A stretch of DNA of 64,000 nt from Meyerozyma guilliermondii (lineage: Eukaryota): contig CP128818.1 of the NCBI GenBank assembly GCA_051546255.1, forward strand, positions 124,001-188,000, in the 5' to 3' direction. The notes under the pieces are model-generated. The model was not told the origin of the DNA. It saw only the letters and a list, made by a program, of their open reading frames with translations, and did not search any database. The translations under genes and the position numbers were made by a program. Below, piece by piece: positions 1 through 10,827 of the stretch. Position 1 is the first letter of the stretch, and each line of letters opens with the position of its first letter.

Positions 1-200
1 ACATTTTCGTTACTCCGAAGAATTTCGGCATGAGAAACTTATCATACTTTCTACTGAGTTCCTAGGTAAAACTGGGTGATTTTAGCAAGATTTTCTCCAA
101 TACACCACACTACCCAGAAGTGTCTGTTCGTAAAAGTTGCATTAGTACCTTGCCAGGTATATTCGTTGATAAGATAGATGTAAGTTATAGATTGCAGAGT

Positions 201-1376
201 TCATAACTGGTCCCGGAAGTTGGTGGGAGACACATTCTGGAGGTAATTGTGGTCGGCGAGACGTCGAGGCTTGATCAAGTGTTGGATCAAAAATGCCACA
301 CCAAGCACCAACGACACGGCAGCTACGATGACATAGATCACTCCCAAACTCATATTGCGTCCTCCAAATATACTGCTTGTGGTGATGACGACGCTCTTGG
401 TTCCTCCGAAAGACTTGGTAGGGTAGTTCATTACCACCGAAAACTGGTACGAACCGGAAGTCATGGTTTGAGTTTCGTTTTTTCCGTAGAGTTTGTAGAA
501 AGACGGAAGACCGGCTGTTCGCATCCAATTTTGCAAGTGTTCCCATGTTTTTAGATCAGGAAGATTCTTTTCTGTGTATCCTTTGGGGTACATCTTGTAC
601 CAATTGGGTGGAGGAACGATGTCTTCTGGCTTGTATTCGGTCTTCTTGTACTTGTGGTCACGGTCACTGCTCCATGATATGCCTTTATCACTCATTTCGT
701 ACGTCTCGTTGTTGCTGGAGCTCTTGGCGTTGAGAAGCACCGGACTTGAGATGGTATCGTTAAAGTACGAATTGGCAATAAGACCACAAGGATAGATGAT
801 TTTGTCTCCAACGTACTTCAATGGCTTGCACTTGTCGGTCAAGCTGTCTGAACTGACGGCGTTTCCTTTAAGTTGTTCCAAGTCGTATGATTCAACGTAT
901 TTTCGGTGGTTTTGATAAAAGTTGGTGAGCTTATAGTACATGTACAATGGTGGTTTCAAGTCACGCGGCAATTCAAATTGAATATAGCAGGTTTTGATAT
1001 CGTCACCATAATCATCTTTATCGCTGGTCACTTTCCATTTAAAGTCCGGGTCGGTGTTTTTGTGACGAAAGTGGTGAGCGGTGTATTTGGAAGGAACCTT
1101 GACAAAGTCGTCTGGCTCGAGGTTTTCACAATTAGAGTAGTCTATCTCGAGAAGCTCCACGTTGTACGTAGTGTTGATGATGGCAATGCCCAACGGAGCA
1201 AAGATTACTGCCAATAATAAAAGAAGCGGAATCACCGATTTTGGAGTGAGTATCGGCTGCCATGCTTTTAGTCTCTGTTGACGGAATGCAGTATTGGGTG
1301 GACGTCTAGATTTGTGTATGGCGCTCACACCCTCGTCATCTGAGTCTGAGCCTCTTCTTCGACGGAGAAAGTCCAT
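201..1376 (-). CDS. CDC50: Cdc50 family flippase (P4-ATPase) beta subunit
   Basis: 391-aa ORF with PPNTAFRQQRLKAWQPIL motif, two TM segments and NFYQNHRKYV; near CDC39 as in S. cerevisiae. Confidence 0.93.
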   Translation of the reverse strand: MDFLRRRRGSDSDDEGVSAIHKSRRPPNTAFRQQRLKAWQPILTPKSVIPLLLLLAVIFAPLGIAIINTTYNVELLEIDYSNCENLEPDDFVKVPSKYTAHHFRHKNTDPDFKWKVTSDKDDYGDDIKTCYIQFELPRDLKPPLYMYYKLTNFYQNHRKYVESYDLEQLKGNAVSSDSLTDKCKPLKYVGDKIIYPCGLIANSYFNDTISSPVLLNAKSSSNNETYEMSDKGISWSSDRDHKYKKTEYKPEDIVPPPNWYKMYPKGYTEKNLPDLKTWEHLQNWMRTAGLPSFYKLYGKNETQTMTSGSYQFSVVMNYPTKSFGGTKSVVITTSSIFGGRNMSLGVIYVIVAAVSLVLGVAFLIQHLIKPRRLADHNYLQNVSPTNFRDQL

Positions 1377-1499
1377 TTAGAGTTTACACAACAAGTTCTA
1401 AAAAAAACCACTTGTTTGATCGCGGGGCTCAGTGGCAGAGCACCAGTGCACCCACTATGAGGGAACGGCTAACTAGGGTTGTTCATTATCTACATTATG

Positions 1500-2876
1500 C
1501 TAGTCACGGCCCTTTTTTTTGGGCGCCTTCTTATCCACCTTCTTCTTGAAGTCTGTCTTTTCTTTCTGGGCCTTGAAAGCCTTCACATTGGCCTTCAGCT
1601 CACGAACTTCAAGCAGAATGGCTATGCCATCGACGGTGGTTTCTTTGGCATTTAAAGCCCTTCTCTGCGACTCAGCGTCCTGGAAATCACACAAGGCAAT
1701 GTTCATATTGGACTTGAGAAACTTAATAGGACCAAAGTTCTTTGTCAAGTGGTCCCGCAACGAATTTTCTTCCACATCCTTCACTCCACGAATGTAGATG
1801 GGGAACCAGTCTTCCTTCTTGTACTTGCCGTTTCCGCTCAGAACTCCATTACCAGCTACCGATGCTGCTGCCGAGCCGGAGGCTGGAGGCGACGACACCG
1901 CTGAGGGAGTAGAGACTTTTCTTGGAGCCGGTTTCGCAGCCTGAGCTCTCGACTCTTTGGCAGTTGCAGCCAACGCAGCCCACGTCAATGGTCCTTTTTC
2001 TTCAGGAGCAGAGGTTTGCTCGGACTCGGCGCTGTGGTCAGCGTCGTTGTTCGTTTCGCCTTTTCCACTTTCTTGTTGGGTCTCTGGTTCAACAGACGAG
2101 GGTGCGGTTTCAGCGTCTCCGGTCGAGCCTGAAGGCACGTAATCGGCTTGTTCCAGAGCACTTTCGGCAGAGGGTTCTGGTTCAGCTCTCGTTTTTTCAG
2201 CGGTTGGCTTGTCGGACTCGGATTTCGTCTCGGAAATAGATTTCTCTGCTGGTTTTTCAGCGGTCAAAGCAGGTTTTTCTCCTGTTTTGTCAACCTTTTC
2301 TGCCTCTGGTTTTTCCCCTTCAGTCTTTTCGGTCGTCTCAGTCTTCTCCGTTTTCTCCTCCTCCTCCTTGGCAGTCGAAAACAGGTTGTAATCGACAAAC
2401 CGCAAAACATCATTCGCAAGGTCAATGATGGTTTCTCTCTTGCCTGGACACAACAAAAACGTCTGGCTAAACTGCCAGAACGGCCCGTTGTCCCTTGACC
2501 ATTCTCCGTAAACCACAATTAAAATTTTATCTTGCAAACACACTTGAATGTCAGCACTGGAAATTACAATTCTATTCACCGCCGGCTCGATTTTGGTAAA
2601 TCTCTTCCTAATAGCATCAATTCCAACCGCCTGGTGAAGTACCTTCTCGGAATTGTCAGAAGGAAACGACAGGTGGCTCACAGATGCTTGTGGGTGGTAC
2701 AACTTGTGGATGTTATCGATTCCATCATTGAAGAAACCATAGTACAGTTCGATGAAATACCATCCAATACTGGACGCACGTTTTTCCAGAAGTGCCGCCG
2801 GGCCCACACTAGCAGCCGGCGAGCCAGCGGCGGGCGCCACGGGTTGCGGGGTGCCGACTTTGGGAGAGGTGGTCAT
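1500..2876 (-). CDS. BRE5: Ubp3 cofactor, NTF2-like domain plus RRM (G3BP family)
   Basis: N-terminal NTF2 fold (IGWYFIELYY...FSQTFLL...NDVLRF), acidic linker, C-terminal RRM (FPIYIRGV). Confidence 0.88.
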   Translation of the reverse strand: MTTSPKVGTPQPVAPAAGSPAASVGPAALLEKRASSIGWYFIELYYGFFNDGIDNIHKLYHPQASVSHLSFPSDNSEKVLHQAVGIDAIRKRFTKIEPAVNRIVISSADIQVCLQDKILIVVYGEWSRDNGPFWQFSQTFLLCPGKRETIIDLANDVLRFVDYNLFSTAKEEEEKTEKTETTEKTEGEKPEAEKVDKTGEKPALTAEKPAEKSISETKSESDKPTAEKTRAEPEPSAESALEQADYVPSGSTGDAETAPSSVEPETQQESGKGETNNDADHSAESEQTSAPEEKGPLTWAALAATAKESRAQAAKPAPRKVSTPSAVSSPPASGSAAASVAGNGVLSGNGKYKKEDWFPIYIRGVKDVEENSLRDHLTKNFGPIKFLKSNMNIALCDFQDAESQRRALNAKETTVDGIAILLEVRELKANVKAFKAQKEKTDFKKKVDKKAPKKKGRD

Positions 2877-3053
2877 TTGGCGATCTCACGGCGGTGAAAA
2901 TTTTTGGATAGCGAGGTGCGTTGGGCCTACCAAGTAGAGGCATAGATTTGCTATGTGAGACAAGTACCTACAGAACCGACAAGTACCGACAAGTACGATC
3001 GGACAGTACGGACGACATGCACAGAATTGTAGAACTGTAAAATTGTACAGTAG

Positions 3054-3719
3054 CTAACTGCATTCCTTCAAGATCTCCTCCAACACCCGGTTCTCCAACT
3101 CACTCTTGTTGGACACGCCTTGAAAGCTCTTGATGCCCATCCGCCTCAATACCTCGATAGACTTGTCACGAGGGAAACCCATGTTCTCGAACTGGGTCAC
3201 AATTGAGTCGTCAATTCCGTAGAGAGCAGCATCGCTGGCTGGCGAAGCTCCACTTGCTCCGTCACCTTCGCTAGCGTAGATTTTGGTCCAGTAGGCTGCC
3301 GTATCGTTGAAACCTTTCAAGTTCGACAAGTAGTGCTTTGCCACTTCGGCATCTTGAGGATCGTTGGGTTCGGGCGATTGTAAAAGCGATTGTAATGAAA
3401 TCAAGCAGCTTTTAAGTGTGTAGATTGGAGTCCAGGCATCTTTCAAAATATCAAGACAGATGGCGCCTGTGACCGATGATATGTTGGGGTGGTATACCTT
3501 GGTGAGAAACTTCATGACTGGAGGTTTAAATGGATATTCGTTGGGAATGTTGATGTCCACCAGAAATACACCGCCTTCATATGGAGTTCCAGGGGGACCT
3601 TTGAAGTATCCCGTCAAGTGGGTGAGGTCGGATTCATTGTTCAACAGAAGAGATATGCCCGAATGCGTGTCCTGACGGCATTCTTCCAACTCCTTGTTGA
3701 TCCTCTTAACCCTAGACAT
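3054..3719 (-). CDS. UBC1: E2 ubiquitin-conjugating enzyme with C-terminal UBA
   Basis: [20 protein letters not shown] active site; UBA (QFENMGF); first ATG at 3719 ([11 protein letters not shown]). Confidence 0.95.
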   Translation of the reverse strand: MSRVKRINKELEECRQDTHSGISLLLNNESDLTHLTGYFKGPPGTPYEGGVFLVDINIPNEYPFKPPVMKFLTKVYHPNISSVTGAICLDILKDAWTPIYTLKSCLISLQSLLQSPEPNDPQDAEVAKHYLSNLKGFNDTAAYWTKIYASEGDGASGASPASDAALYGIDDSIVTQFENMGFPRDKSIEVLRRMGIKSFQGVSNKSELENRVLEEILKECS

Positions 3720-3810
3720 TTTGCTACAATCAGTAATTTTGGTAATTTGCGCGAACAAATTCACAAACTACGGCTGCGAGAATATGCAGAACTGCTTTAT
3801 ATACATACAT

Positions 3811-6800
3811 CTATTCTACAGGCGTGCCCTTGACATTCCGTGCAAGAGCCGCAAACACCACCCGCAACTCGGGCTCGGCTGTACGCACAAATGGAAGCTC
3901 GAAAAACCCATAGTCGCCATTTTTCACCAACTCGGTGAACACGATGGTCAAGCCCCATGGGTGCGGCTTGTTGACAATGTGACGCTCCAATAACACACGA
4001 GTGATGATCTCTTGCACCACTGCCTTGGAGCCAGGTTGTGTCCAGATGGTAGTGGAGCTGAAAAAGTGGAGTATGATCCCCACAAACCAATGGGTGTGGC
4101 TGTTTGGATACCGCAATTGGTTGGCAATGGCATTGATCAAATGGAACTTGAACTCCAGCAGTCCGTGGTTCATAAGATCCACGAGAAGGGATACATGTGT
4201 AGACTTAACATTGAACCCTCCACGCTGAGAACTGGAAGTTCTTTCGGAAACGGCACTGATACCAATATGTAACACCAACGCATTGATGAGTTTTGTGTTG
4301 TAGTGAATGATATCAAAGCCAAAGTCTCGATCCTCCTTGGGCTGCAGAAGCTTCACACTGTTGTACATTGTTCTGATCAACGAAGGAGCTGGGATCCTCA
4401 AAAAGTTGTCCACCGGTTTCCGCAATCCAACCTTGGCCAAATCGTCGCCTGGATTAAAGTACACGATCGGTGGCTCTTTGATTTCTGGTAATCTTTCAAC
4501 CTTCAACCCTTGAGTGAATGGGTCAATGACGGGAATCTTTTTAGGTGTTGCCGAAACAACAATATTTCTCAACTGGATGTACCGTGATGGTATAGCTGTC
4601 ACCAATTGGAAGTGGCATTCAACCAAAAACTCAGGATAGTCATGAGCCAATCCGGTGAATATCCGGTTAATTGCCTTGAAAATAACGTTGACTATGTCGT
4701 ACGAGTCGTTGTCACTGTTGCCGCAAATACGGTCAAATTTCAACAAGTTTTGCAAGAGTCTCACCATAGTTGGATACCCGCTGCGGTTGGGCAACGTAAT
4801 AACCCGAGGCAAGAACATACGGTGAGCAATCAACGATATCCATGCAAACGTAAACCCAGGATAAATCAATGGCTGCAAAGAGTTGAAAATATCACCAATA
4901 AAGGTGTAGAACTCTTCATCCAAATGAGCAGTGGCAGTGCTGTCAAGAATCGAAGCATCGTTCCACATGCACAAAATAGACGAGAAGATCTTAAAATATG
5001 CTCTTTCGTTCCAGTTGTTTTGGAAATTTTCATGATCTATAGTTAGCATCGTGGTTACAACACTCATAATATTCTTCAAGTAATCCATAGCCTCTTCAGA
5101 ATGATTCTTATCGAACGATAATACAATCCGTACGATTAACATAGCAAGCGAGTCCACTGCAAGATAGCTTTCTCTTTGGGTTCGGGTTCTCACCTCGTGC
5201 TCGGTAGCAAACGCCGTCACTGAAATCTCTGTAGCAGCCTTGAAGAAGGTCTTGAACAATTTTGGATTTGAGAGTATTTCAGCGTCAAGAAGTCCATTTA
5301 TGAACTTGTCTTGCAAAGGCTCGCTTGGAGGTCCGTGAGACAAAAGGGCAATCCATTCCGCAAACAAATAACCCATTTGATGGTAAGCATCGTGGTCGCC
5401 AAACTGAGTAGGAGCAGTAGTTTGGTTCAACAAGGAGAACAAATTATCCCTTGCTAACAAAGCTTCCTTCTGTTCGGCCAGAGCATCTTTAGGATCACCT
5501 TTATAGTTGTTCAATGCTTCCAAGGTGAAGCCAAAATCAGACCTCATAGCTATTGGTCGCGCTTCAGAAGAACCGAAGACATTCAACAAGAGATTTGCAG
5601 CAAACTTGACAGCCATAGGATTGCTTGATTCGGCCAACAATTTTCCAATCGAGGTATCAAGCTTAGATGCCAGTACCAATTGAACCTTCAAAAGCGAGTA
5701 AATGACAGGAATGTTGAATTTGCGTTGGTCAGAAGAATGAACGAGCCACCAAGTGACGTCTTTGGCAGTTGATGGAGAGTACTCGCACAATTTGTCCAAT
5801 ATTACCACATATATCTCATTACTCATTGGATTCTCATGAGCCTGAGTAAAGAGACAGTTGACAGCATACTGAGCAACTTTGAGAAGTAACTCGGGATTTT
5901 TGAGTGCATTGCTCTGTGCCAACGTTAAGGCTTGCGCCAAAGCGACCATGATAGGATGTTCTGGGCTAAGTTCAGAAAGCCTTGTTTCTTTGGCATCAGC
6001 CAACAACTCAATTGCTCTCTCACAGCTCTGAGTAATAGCTACAAAAAGCTGTTCAAGAGGAAACTCTTCCATTGGGCCAACGGGGGCTGTGCTAGATGAA
6101 GTTGGTGTTGGTCCCATAGCCTGAATTCCAGAACCAACTCCAGCACCAGGGGCTACGCTTGGGATGTCGCTGCCATCAGGCATAGCTCTCACGTCGCCAA
6201 TTGGTTGAGACTGGCGAAGTTCTTCCGGGCGTAAATTAGGTCCGTTATTTCCAAAGCTTTCATAGATTTTGAGCTGCCCTGGAGCTAAACCCTCTCTTCT
6301 CAACCCTAATGGATGAGGCAAGTTCAATGCATAATCGCTTGAACCCTCCTCTCTGTAAGGTTCTTGTGGGTTGCGCTGCTCTCTTTGTATGACGAATCTT
6401 TGCATTCTTTCATCAATTAGCTCACTGATATTACCAGCCGCAATTTTGTCAACGATTTCAACGCAGAAATGAACATTGGACTGAATGGCAACCGCTAGCT
6501 CATTAATAGGAAAGTCGCTCGCGGTAGCTTGGTTTCCAAGAAGCTGCAACATGGTAGCTTCGATTGTTTCACTCAAGATCTTCCTACCACTACAAACTAC
6601 CATACTATGGCACAATTGTTGCGCTAAAGTTTGGTAAGACTTTCTGAATATGGTAGGATCTCCTTCGGTAGCAAAGTCTTTCGTAGCGAGTGCTTCGGTA
6701 GTTGTCAAGACTGCCTCGGAAACACGGCTCAAAATTGGAACTGCACATTCACGAACTGAACGAGATAATGAAGCTTGGAATGCACGACGAAGGTTAGGAC

Positions 6801-9800
6801 TTTGAGTGAAAATCGTGTTTCCAACAAGATTACTGAACGAAGTATCAAGCTGCCCAGATGGAGGAGCCGATGGTGCTCCACCAATTGGTGCTCCAACACT
6901 ATTCGAAGTGAAACCTGGAGGAGGGCCACTAGTTGAAGGAGGCATGACTTTACTCAAATCATTCTGAGCCATAATGTGTTGTCGCAACTGTTGTTGCTCA
7001 AGCTTCTTTGACTCGAGTGACATTCTTGCCAAATCTTTACTCAATCCGGTTGCTCCCATGCGTCTGCCAAAGATCTCTGCAAGTGCAGCAGGATCAGGGT
7101 TGTGGCTTCGAACCAATGTAGAAGGCTCGATATCTCCAATCTTCATACCGAATGAGTTAAGAAGAACTTCGATTTCAAACTTCAAGTTTAACTTCAAATC
7201 AGCACACGAATAAAGCTCAACAAGCACCTTGATCACACCCAATATCCATGGATTAGGTGGACGAAGTATTACTGAATACTGGGCCTGATCCAAGATCTTG
7301 CAAACAAATGGGATAACCAAGGCTAAAGTGTTGAAGTCAAACCCTTCAACAAGAAGAAATTTGAGGGCCACTTGATCCCTGCGAAGAGGTTTATCGTTGG
7401 CCAAAGTCAATCTTCCAATCCACGAACCCATATTTTTCAAGTGTGTACGATCATTGGAAGAGTCCTTTGAACTGGAAAGCATTCGTTCAACCTCACTCAA
7501 TGTCACACCCAATACAATATCGGTGAAGTCGCTGTTATCAAAAGCAGAAATGAACGTACCATAAAGTTCATGGTTGTTAGGCTCGCTCTTTGCTCTATCC
7601 ACAACAAGATACCTAGCAAACCACAAGAAATAGCGTTCTTCTAAAGCAGACTTTACGTCCGGTAACTTCTTGGCAAGGTTTTCTGAAGTCAAGTTGTTCA
7701 CAAAGAACAATAATTGGTCTCTAACTTGTTCAGGTGGTTGCGAAGCAGCATCGGTAATCCGATCATCATGAATGTTTAAAGATTGGTACCTGAGCATTGG
7801 TGCCCTCACTGATGGTGATGAAGTGCCATCGGTACCCTTGGCATCCTGAGTTGAACCATCAGTACAGGGAATACCATTGGCAGCATCCCTAACGATTGCA
7901 TATATCTTGGCGTGGCCAGCTAAAGGCTGACACTCCAACAAATGCTTACAGTAAATTGGATATTCATGCAACCGGGACTTGAAATTGTACAAAGCTTGCA
8001 CAGCAAATTTGAACAAGTGAGAATCTTGAGGTTGATTGCAAGATTCCCAGATAAAATTCAAGGCAACGGTAAGAGTGGTTCCTTGTATCAAGTCTTTTTG
8101 TAGCAATGCACCAAACAATAAAGACGTAGAAGCCAACGCAGTCAATGGGTACTCAGAAAAGAAACGGTATTCATCGAGCAATGAATGAATCATACATGCA
8201 AATATGTCCTGGTCATGAGGATTGTCACTCAGTCTCATCCTCACAAGCATGTCGACAATGTCCCTTATTTCCATTTCTTTATTGTACATTTTCGAGTAGT
8301 ACGATTTCATTTCTTGTTCAACATCAGATGGGAAGGTACTATACCTCTCTGAGTTGGCTAAGATTGCAGCGTCGTGACCACAGCCAAAATTGATCAAACG
8401 AGGATACGTCGTGAGTAACAGAAGCTGAAGGTTCTTAAGACGTTCTGCGTCAATAAGTCCATTGCTTGCTTTGAGCTTTTCAAGAACGTAAAAAACCAAT
8501 GGAAGAGTCAACATTTTGCGGTCTGCCAGCTGTGGTTGTGCTGCTCCTCCATGTGCTTGTTGTTGTTGCTGCCATTCGTAATCTTGAGCAGATCTCAACT
8601 CTAATATTTCTAACATCAGTTGGTAGATTAGTTTCTTTTGGCCCTCCTTCTGAAGCTGCTGCTCGATGACATTCTTGAAATTAACACCGAAGCCAGCGCC
8701 ATCAAACGTGAACACCAAACCAACTTTTATGCTTACTTTGAATAAGTCAGCTATGATTTCATCTGTCATGCTGCCCGCTGAAGTGAGTGTCAAAATTTTA
8801 GGGACGGTTTCTGCTAATTGACGCTCAGTGTAGTATTCAGCAATGTGCTTTACTAACATGGCCTTGTCAATCTCTGCTAAGCGAGCTATTAAGCTTGCAA
8901 GGGAGGCTTGATCAGCGCCTTCTTGATCCATGAGCTGGGTGAATAGAGATCCAATTAAACGAATATGAAATTCGCTTTTGTCAACGGTCAAGAAACAAGC
9001 CACAAGAAGATATGCTGCATTGTTGGTTGTGCTATATTCGAATGCTTGACGAACTGCACCAAAAACTTCGCTAACATTGTTGCCAGCAAATTGAGATGAG
9101 ATCTTTGCCATTGCCAGAACAAGTAATTTTGCAACACTGACAAACTTGACAATGTGATTGGGAAAGTTAACATTGGGGGCTTGGCCAGTTTGTGGAAAAC
9201 AAAGAGCTAAGTTTTTCAGCTGGAGCAAATTGTAACTTCCTTGAGTTTCAATAGACAGGCTGTGGTTCAACGGATGCATAGCGTGTAAATGTGCAACTAA
9301 GGTTGTTCCAAACCACCATTCATAGCTCAAAAAGATGTCCAATACGCCATATTCAAAGTCTAAAGCAGCGCAAATTTCTGTAATGGATGCTAAAGACGGC
9401 TGTATGTCTCTTTTTGAAGCTTCATAAAGCTTTTCGTACACATGGCTGAACACCTGGTACCAATTGATCTTCAAGTTGCCGTCTACTTCTACCTTTTTGA
9501 AGCAGGTTTGCAACTGGGCGCCCTTAGCGTTACTTTCAGGCACAGAAGAGGCCGTAAGAGCACTGTGAGATGATCTAGACGAGCCGACATTTTGTGAGCC
9601 GGGAATGAGTACTTCGGCGAGAATCAATGCAATATTTTCATCTAGGTCTTCATGCTTCAATGAAAGAATTGATGACAAGAACTTGTCAGGAAATAGGATC
9701 AAAGCATCAGAATCGAAAAGAATATCGCGGAAAGACATATTTTGGAGGTCTTTCTTGAATTTTTCCACAAATGCGAGCGACTTTACCGAGTCAAGTGATT

Positions 9801-10506
9801 GCAAGAGTAGTAACTTGGCTGAAAGTGGATAAGCGGGGCAATTAAGACAAAAGTCAAAGAGTCGAGTATAATTGAACTTTGACGGATCCTTATGGCCTAG
9901 GCAGTGGAAGACTGCCGACTGTGATGCTGCAATGTAAGACTTTGCAGCGGATAAGTCCGGGAGGATGGATGCTATAAGTATGAACTTAAGGATAGGGTCA
10001 GAGACGTGGTCCTCGATAAACAGAAGAATGGATTCCGACGGGTCTGAGGTGTCCTTGTATAAAGCACGAAATGCCTGTTTTGTAGCGTCGAGAAATTGGT
10101 CGAGGTTTCCAAGTGTTTGAGCGACCTTTTCAAACTCGAGTCTCAAAAATGACTTTACTGTAGACGACTTTGAATCGCCACTGCCGATGGATGCGAGAGT
10201 GATGAGCTTTTGGATGTAGTCCCTATAAAGAGACTCCCTGCTGTTTGCTAATATAAACTGGATCTGGTCGAATCTGGATGGAATAGATTCGGACGTGCCA
10301 GAAAGGAGAAGAATGGATATCTGACTAAGGCAAATTTCCTGAACTTCTGAGGTGTAAGAACCGTGTGCAAACAACTGTGTCTCGCGATTAGTGCCTTGAT
10401 TGATGGTGTCTGATACTCCAAAGATTTCTGGAGAAGCAGCAACTGTGGATGGGAAATTTGTGTCTGAGCGAGAAAGGCCCTTGGGGCTATTTGTGGACGC
10501 AGTCAC
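3811..10506 (-). CDS. CDC39: CCR4-NOT scaffold Not1; probable GTG start at 10506, first ATG at 9738
   Basis: 2231-codon ORF with Not1 motifs (YPRLINFG, RPPNPW, NQLRYPNSHT, PHPWGL); start codon uncertain, see findings. Confidence 0.95.
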   Translation of the reverse strand: MTASTNSPKGLSRSDTNFPSTVAASPEIFGVSDTINQGTNRETQLFAHGSYTSEVQEICLSQISILLLSGTSESIPSRFDQIQFILANSRESLYRDYIQKLITLASIGSGDSKSSTVKSFLRLEFEKVAQTLGNLDQFLDATKQAFRALYKDTSDPSESILLFIEDHVSDPILKFILIASILPDLSAAKSYIAASQSAVFHCLGHKDPSKFNYTRLFDFCLNCPAYPLSAKLLLLQSLDSVKSLAFVEKFKKDLQNMSFRDILFDSDALILFPDKFLSSILSLKHEDLDENIALILAEVLIPGSQNVGSSRSSHSALTASSVPESNAKGAQLQTCFKKVEVDGNLKINWYQVFSHVYEKLYEASKRDIQPSLASITEICAALDFEYGVLDIFLSYEWWFGTTLVAHLHAMHPLNHSLSIETQGSYNLLQLKNLALCFPQTGQAPNVNFPNHIVKFVSVAKLLVLAMAKISSQFAGNNVSEVFGAVRQAFEYSTTNNAAYLLVACFLTVDKSEFHIRLIGSLFTQLMDQEGADQASLASLIARLAEIDKAMLVKHIAEYYTERQLAETVPKILTLTSAGSMTDEIIADLFKVSIKVGLVFTFDGAGFGVNFKNVIEQQLQKEGQKKLIYQLMLEILELRSAQDYEWQQQQQAHGGAAQPQLADRKMLTLPLVFYVLEKLKASNGLIDAERLKNLQLLLLTTYPRLINFGCGHDAAILANSERYSTFPSDVEQEMKSYYSKMYNKEMEIRDIVDMLVRMRLSDNPHDQDIFACMIHSLLDEYRFFSEYPLTALASTSLLFGALLQKDLIQGTTLTVALNFIWESCNQPQDSHLFKFAVQALYNFKSRLHEYPIYCKHLLECQPLAGHAKIYAIVRDAANGIPCTDGSTQDAKGTDGTSSPSVRAPMLRYQSLNIHDDRITDAASQPPEQVRDQLLFFVNNLTSENLAKKLPDVKSALEERYFLWFARYLVVDRAKSEPNNHELYGTFISAFDNSDFTDIVLGVTLSEVERMLSSSKDSSNDRTHLKNMGSWIGRLTLANDKPLRRDQVALKFLLVEGFDFNTLALVIPFVCKILDQAQYSVILRPPNPWILGVIKVLVELYSCADLKLNLKFEIEVLLNSFGMKIGDIEPSTLVRSHNPDPAALAEIFGRRMGATGLSKDLARMSLESKKLEQQQLRQHIMAQNDLSKVMPPSTSGPPPGFTSNSVGAPIGGAPSAPPSGQLDTSFSNLVGNTIFTQSPNLRRAFQASLSRSVRECAVPILSRVSEAVLTTTEALATKDFATEGDPTIFRKSYQTLAQQLCHSMVVCSGRKILSETIEATMLQLLGNQATASDFPINELAVAIQSNVHFCVEIVDKIAAGNISELIDERMQRFVIQREQRNPQEPYREEGSSDYALNLPHPLGLRREGLAPGQLKIYESFGNNGPNLRPEELRQSQPIGDVRAMPDGSDIPSVAPGAGVGSGIQAMGPTPTSSSTAPVGPMEEFPLEQLFVAITQSCERAIELLADAKETRLSELSPEHPIMVALAQALTLAQSNALKNPELLLKVAQYAVNCLFTQAHENPMSNEIYVVILDKLCEYSPSTAKDVTWWLVHSSDQRKFNIPVIYSLLKVQLVLASKLDTSIGKLLAESSNPMAVKFAANLLLNVFGSSEARPIAMRSDFGFTLEALNNYKGDPKDALAEQKEALLARDNLFSLLNQTTAPTQFGDHDAYHQMGYLFAEWIALLSHGPPSEPLQDKFINGLLDAEILSNPKLFKTFFKAATEISVTAFATEHEVRTRTQRESYLAVDSLAMLIVRIVLSFDKNHSEEAMDYLKNIMSVVTTMLTIDHENFQNNWNERAYFKIFSSILCMWNDASILDSTATAHLDEEFYTFIGDIFNSLQPLIYPGFTFAWISLIAHRMFLPRVITLPNRSGYPTMVRLLQNLLKFDRICGNSDNDSYDIVNVIFKAINRIFTGLAHDYPEFLVECHFQLVTAIPSRYIQLRNIVVSATPKKIPVIDPFTQGLKVERLPEIKEPPIVYFNPGDDLAKVGLRKPVDNFLRIPAPSLIRTMYNSVKLLQPKEDRDFGFDIIHYNTKLINALVLHIGISAVSERTSSSQRGGFNVKSTHVSLLVDLMNHGLLEFKFHLINAIANQLRYPNSHTHWFVGIILHFFSSTTIWTQPGSKAVVQEIITRVLLERHIVNKPHPWGLTIVFTELVKNGDYGFFELPFVRTAEPELRVVFAALARNVKGTPVE

Positions 10507-10600
10507 GTTGCCAAATTAATGATGCAGAATGCTGACGAGAGGTTGATGATAGATCAACGGGATATGCGAGTCAGAACTGCGTAATGAGGTGATATAAGAT

Positions 10601-10633
10601 CTAATCAGTAGTCTTTGTATCGTTGGTGAACAT
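10601..10633 (-). other. 10-codon upstream ORF (MFTNDTKTTD*) 5' of NOT1
   Basis: Nearest minus-strand ATG upstream of the NOT1 ORF; out of frame, TAG at 10601-10603; not known to be in the mRNA. Confidence 0.35.
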
Positions 10634-10827
10634 TTGGTGCAGAATGAATTTTGTGAGCGCGTTACCCGGAGGGAGTGTGTAGAGACATAGAGAGGTGCAA
10701 TAGGTGAAGGCTACAAGAACAATATGTGTCGGGATGGTGATTGTCAAAGGATTCTGTCCATTTTTAGTGTAGTTTTCTGTTTCTGTTTCTGTTTTTTTTC
10801 TGTTCGTTTCTTTCTTTACATTATCAT

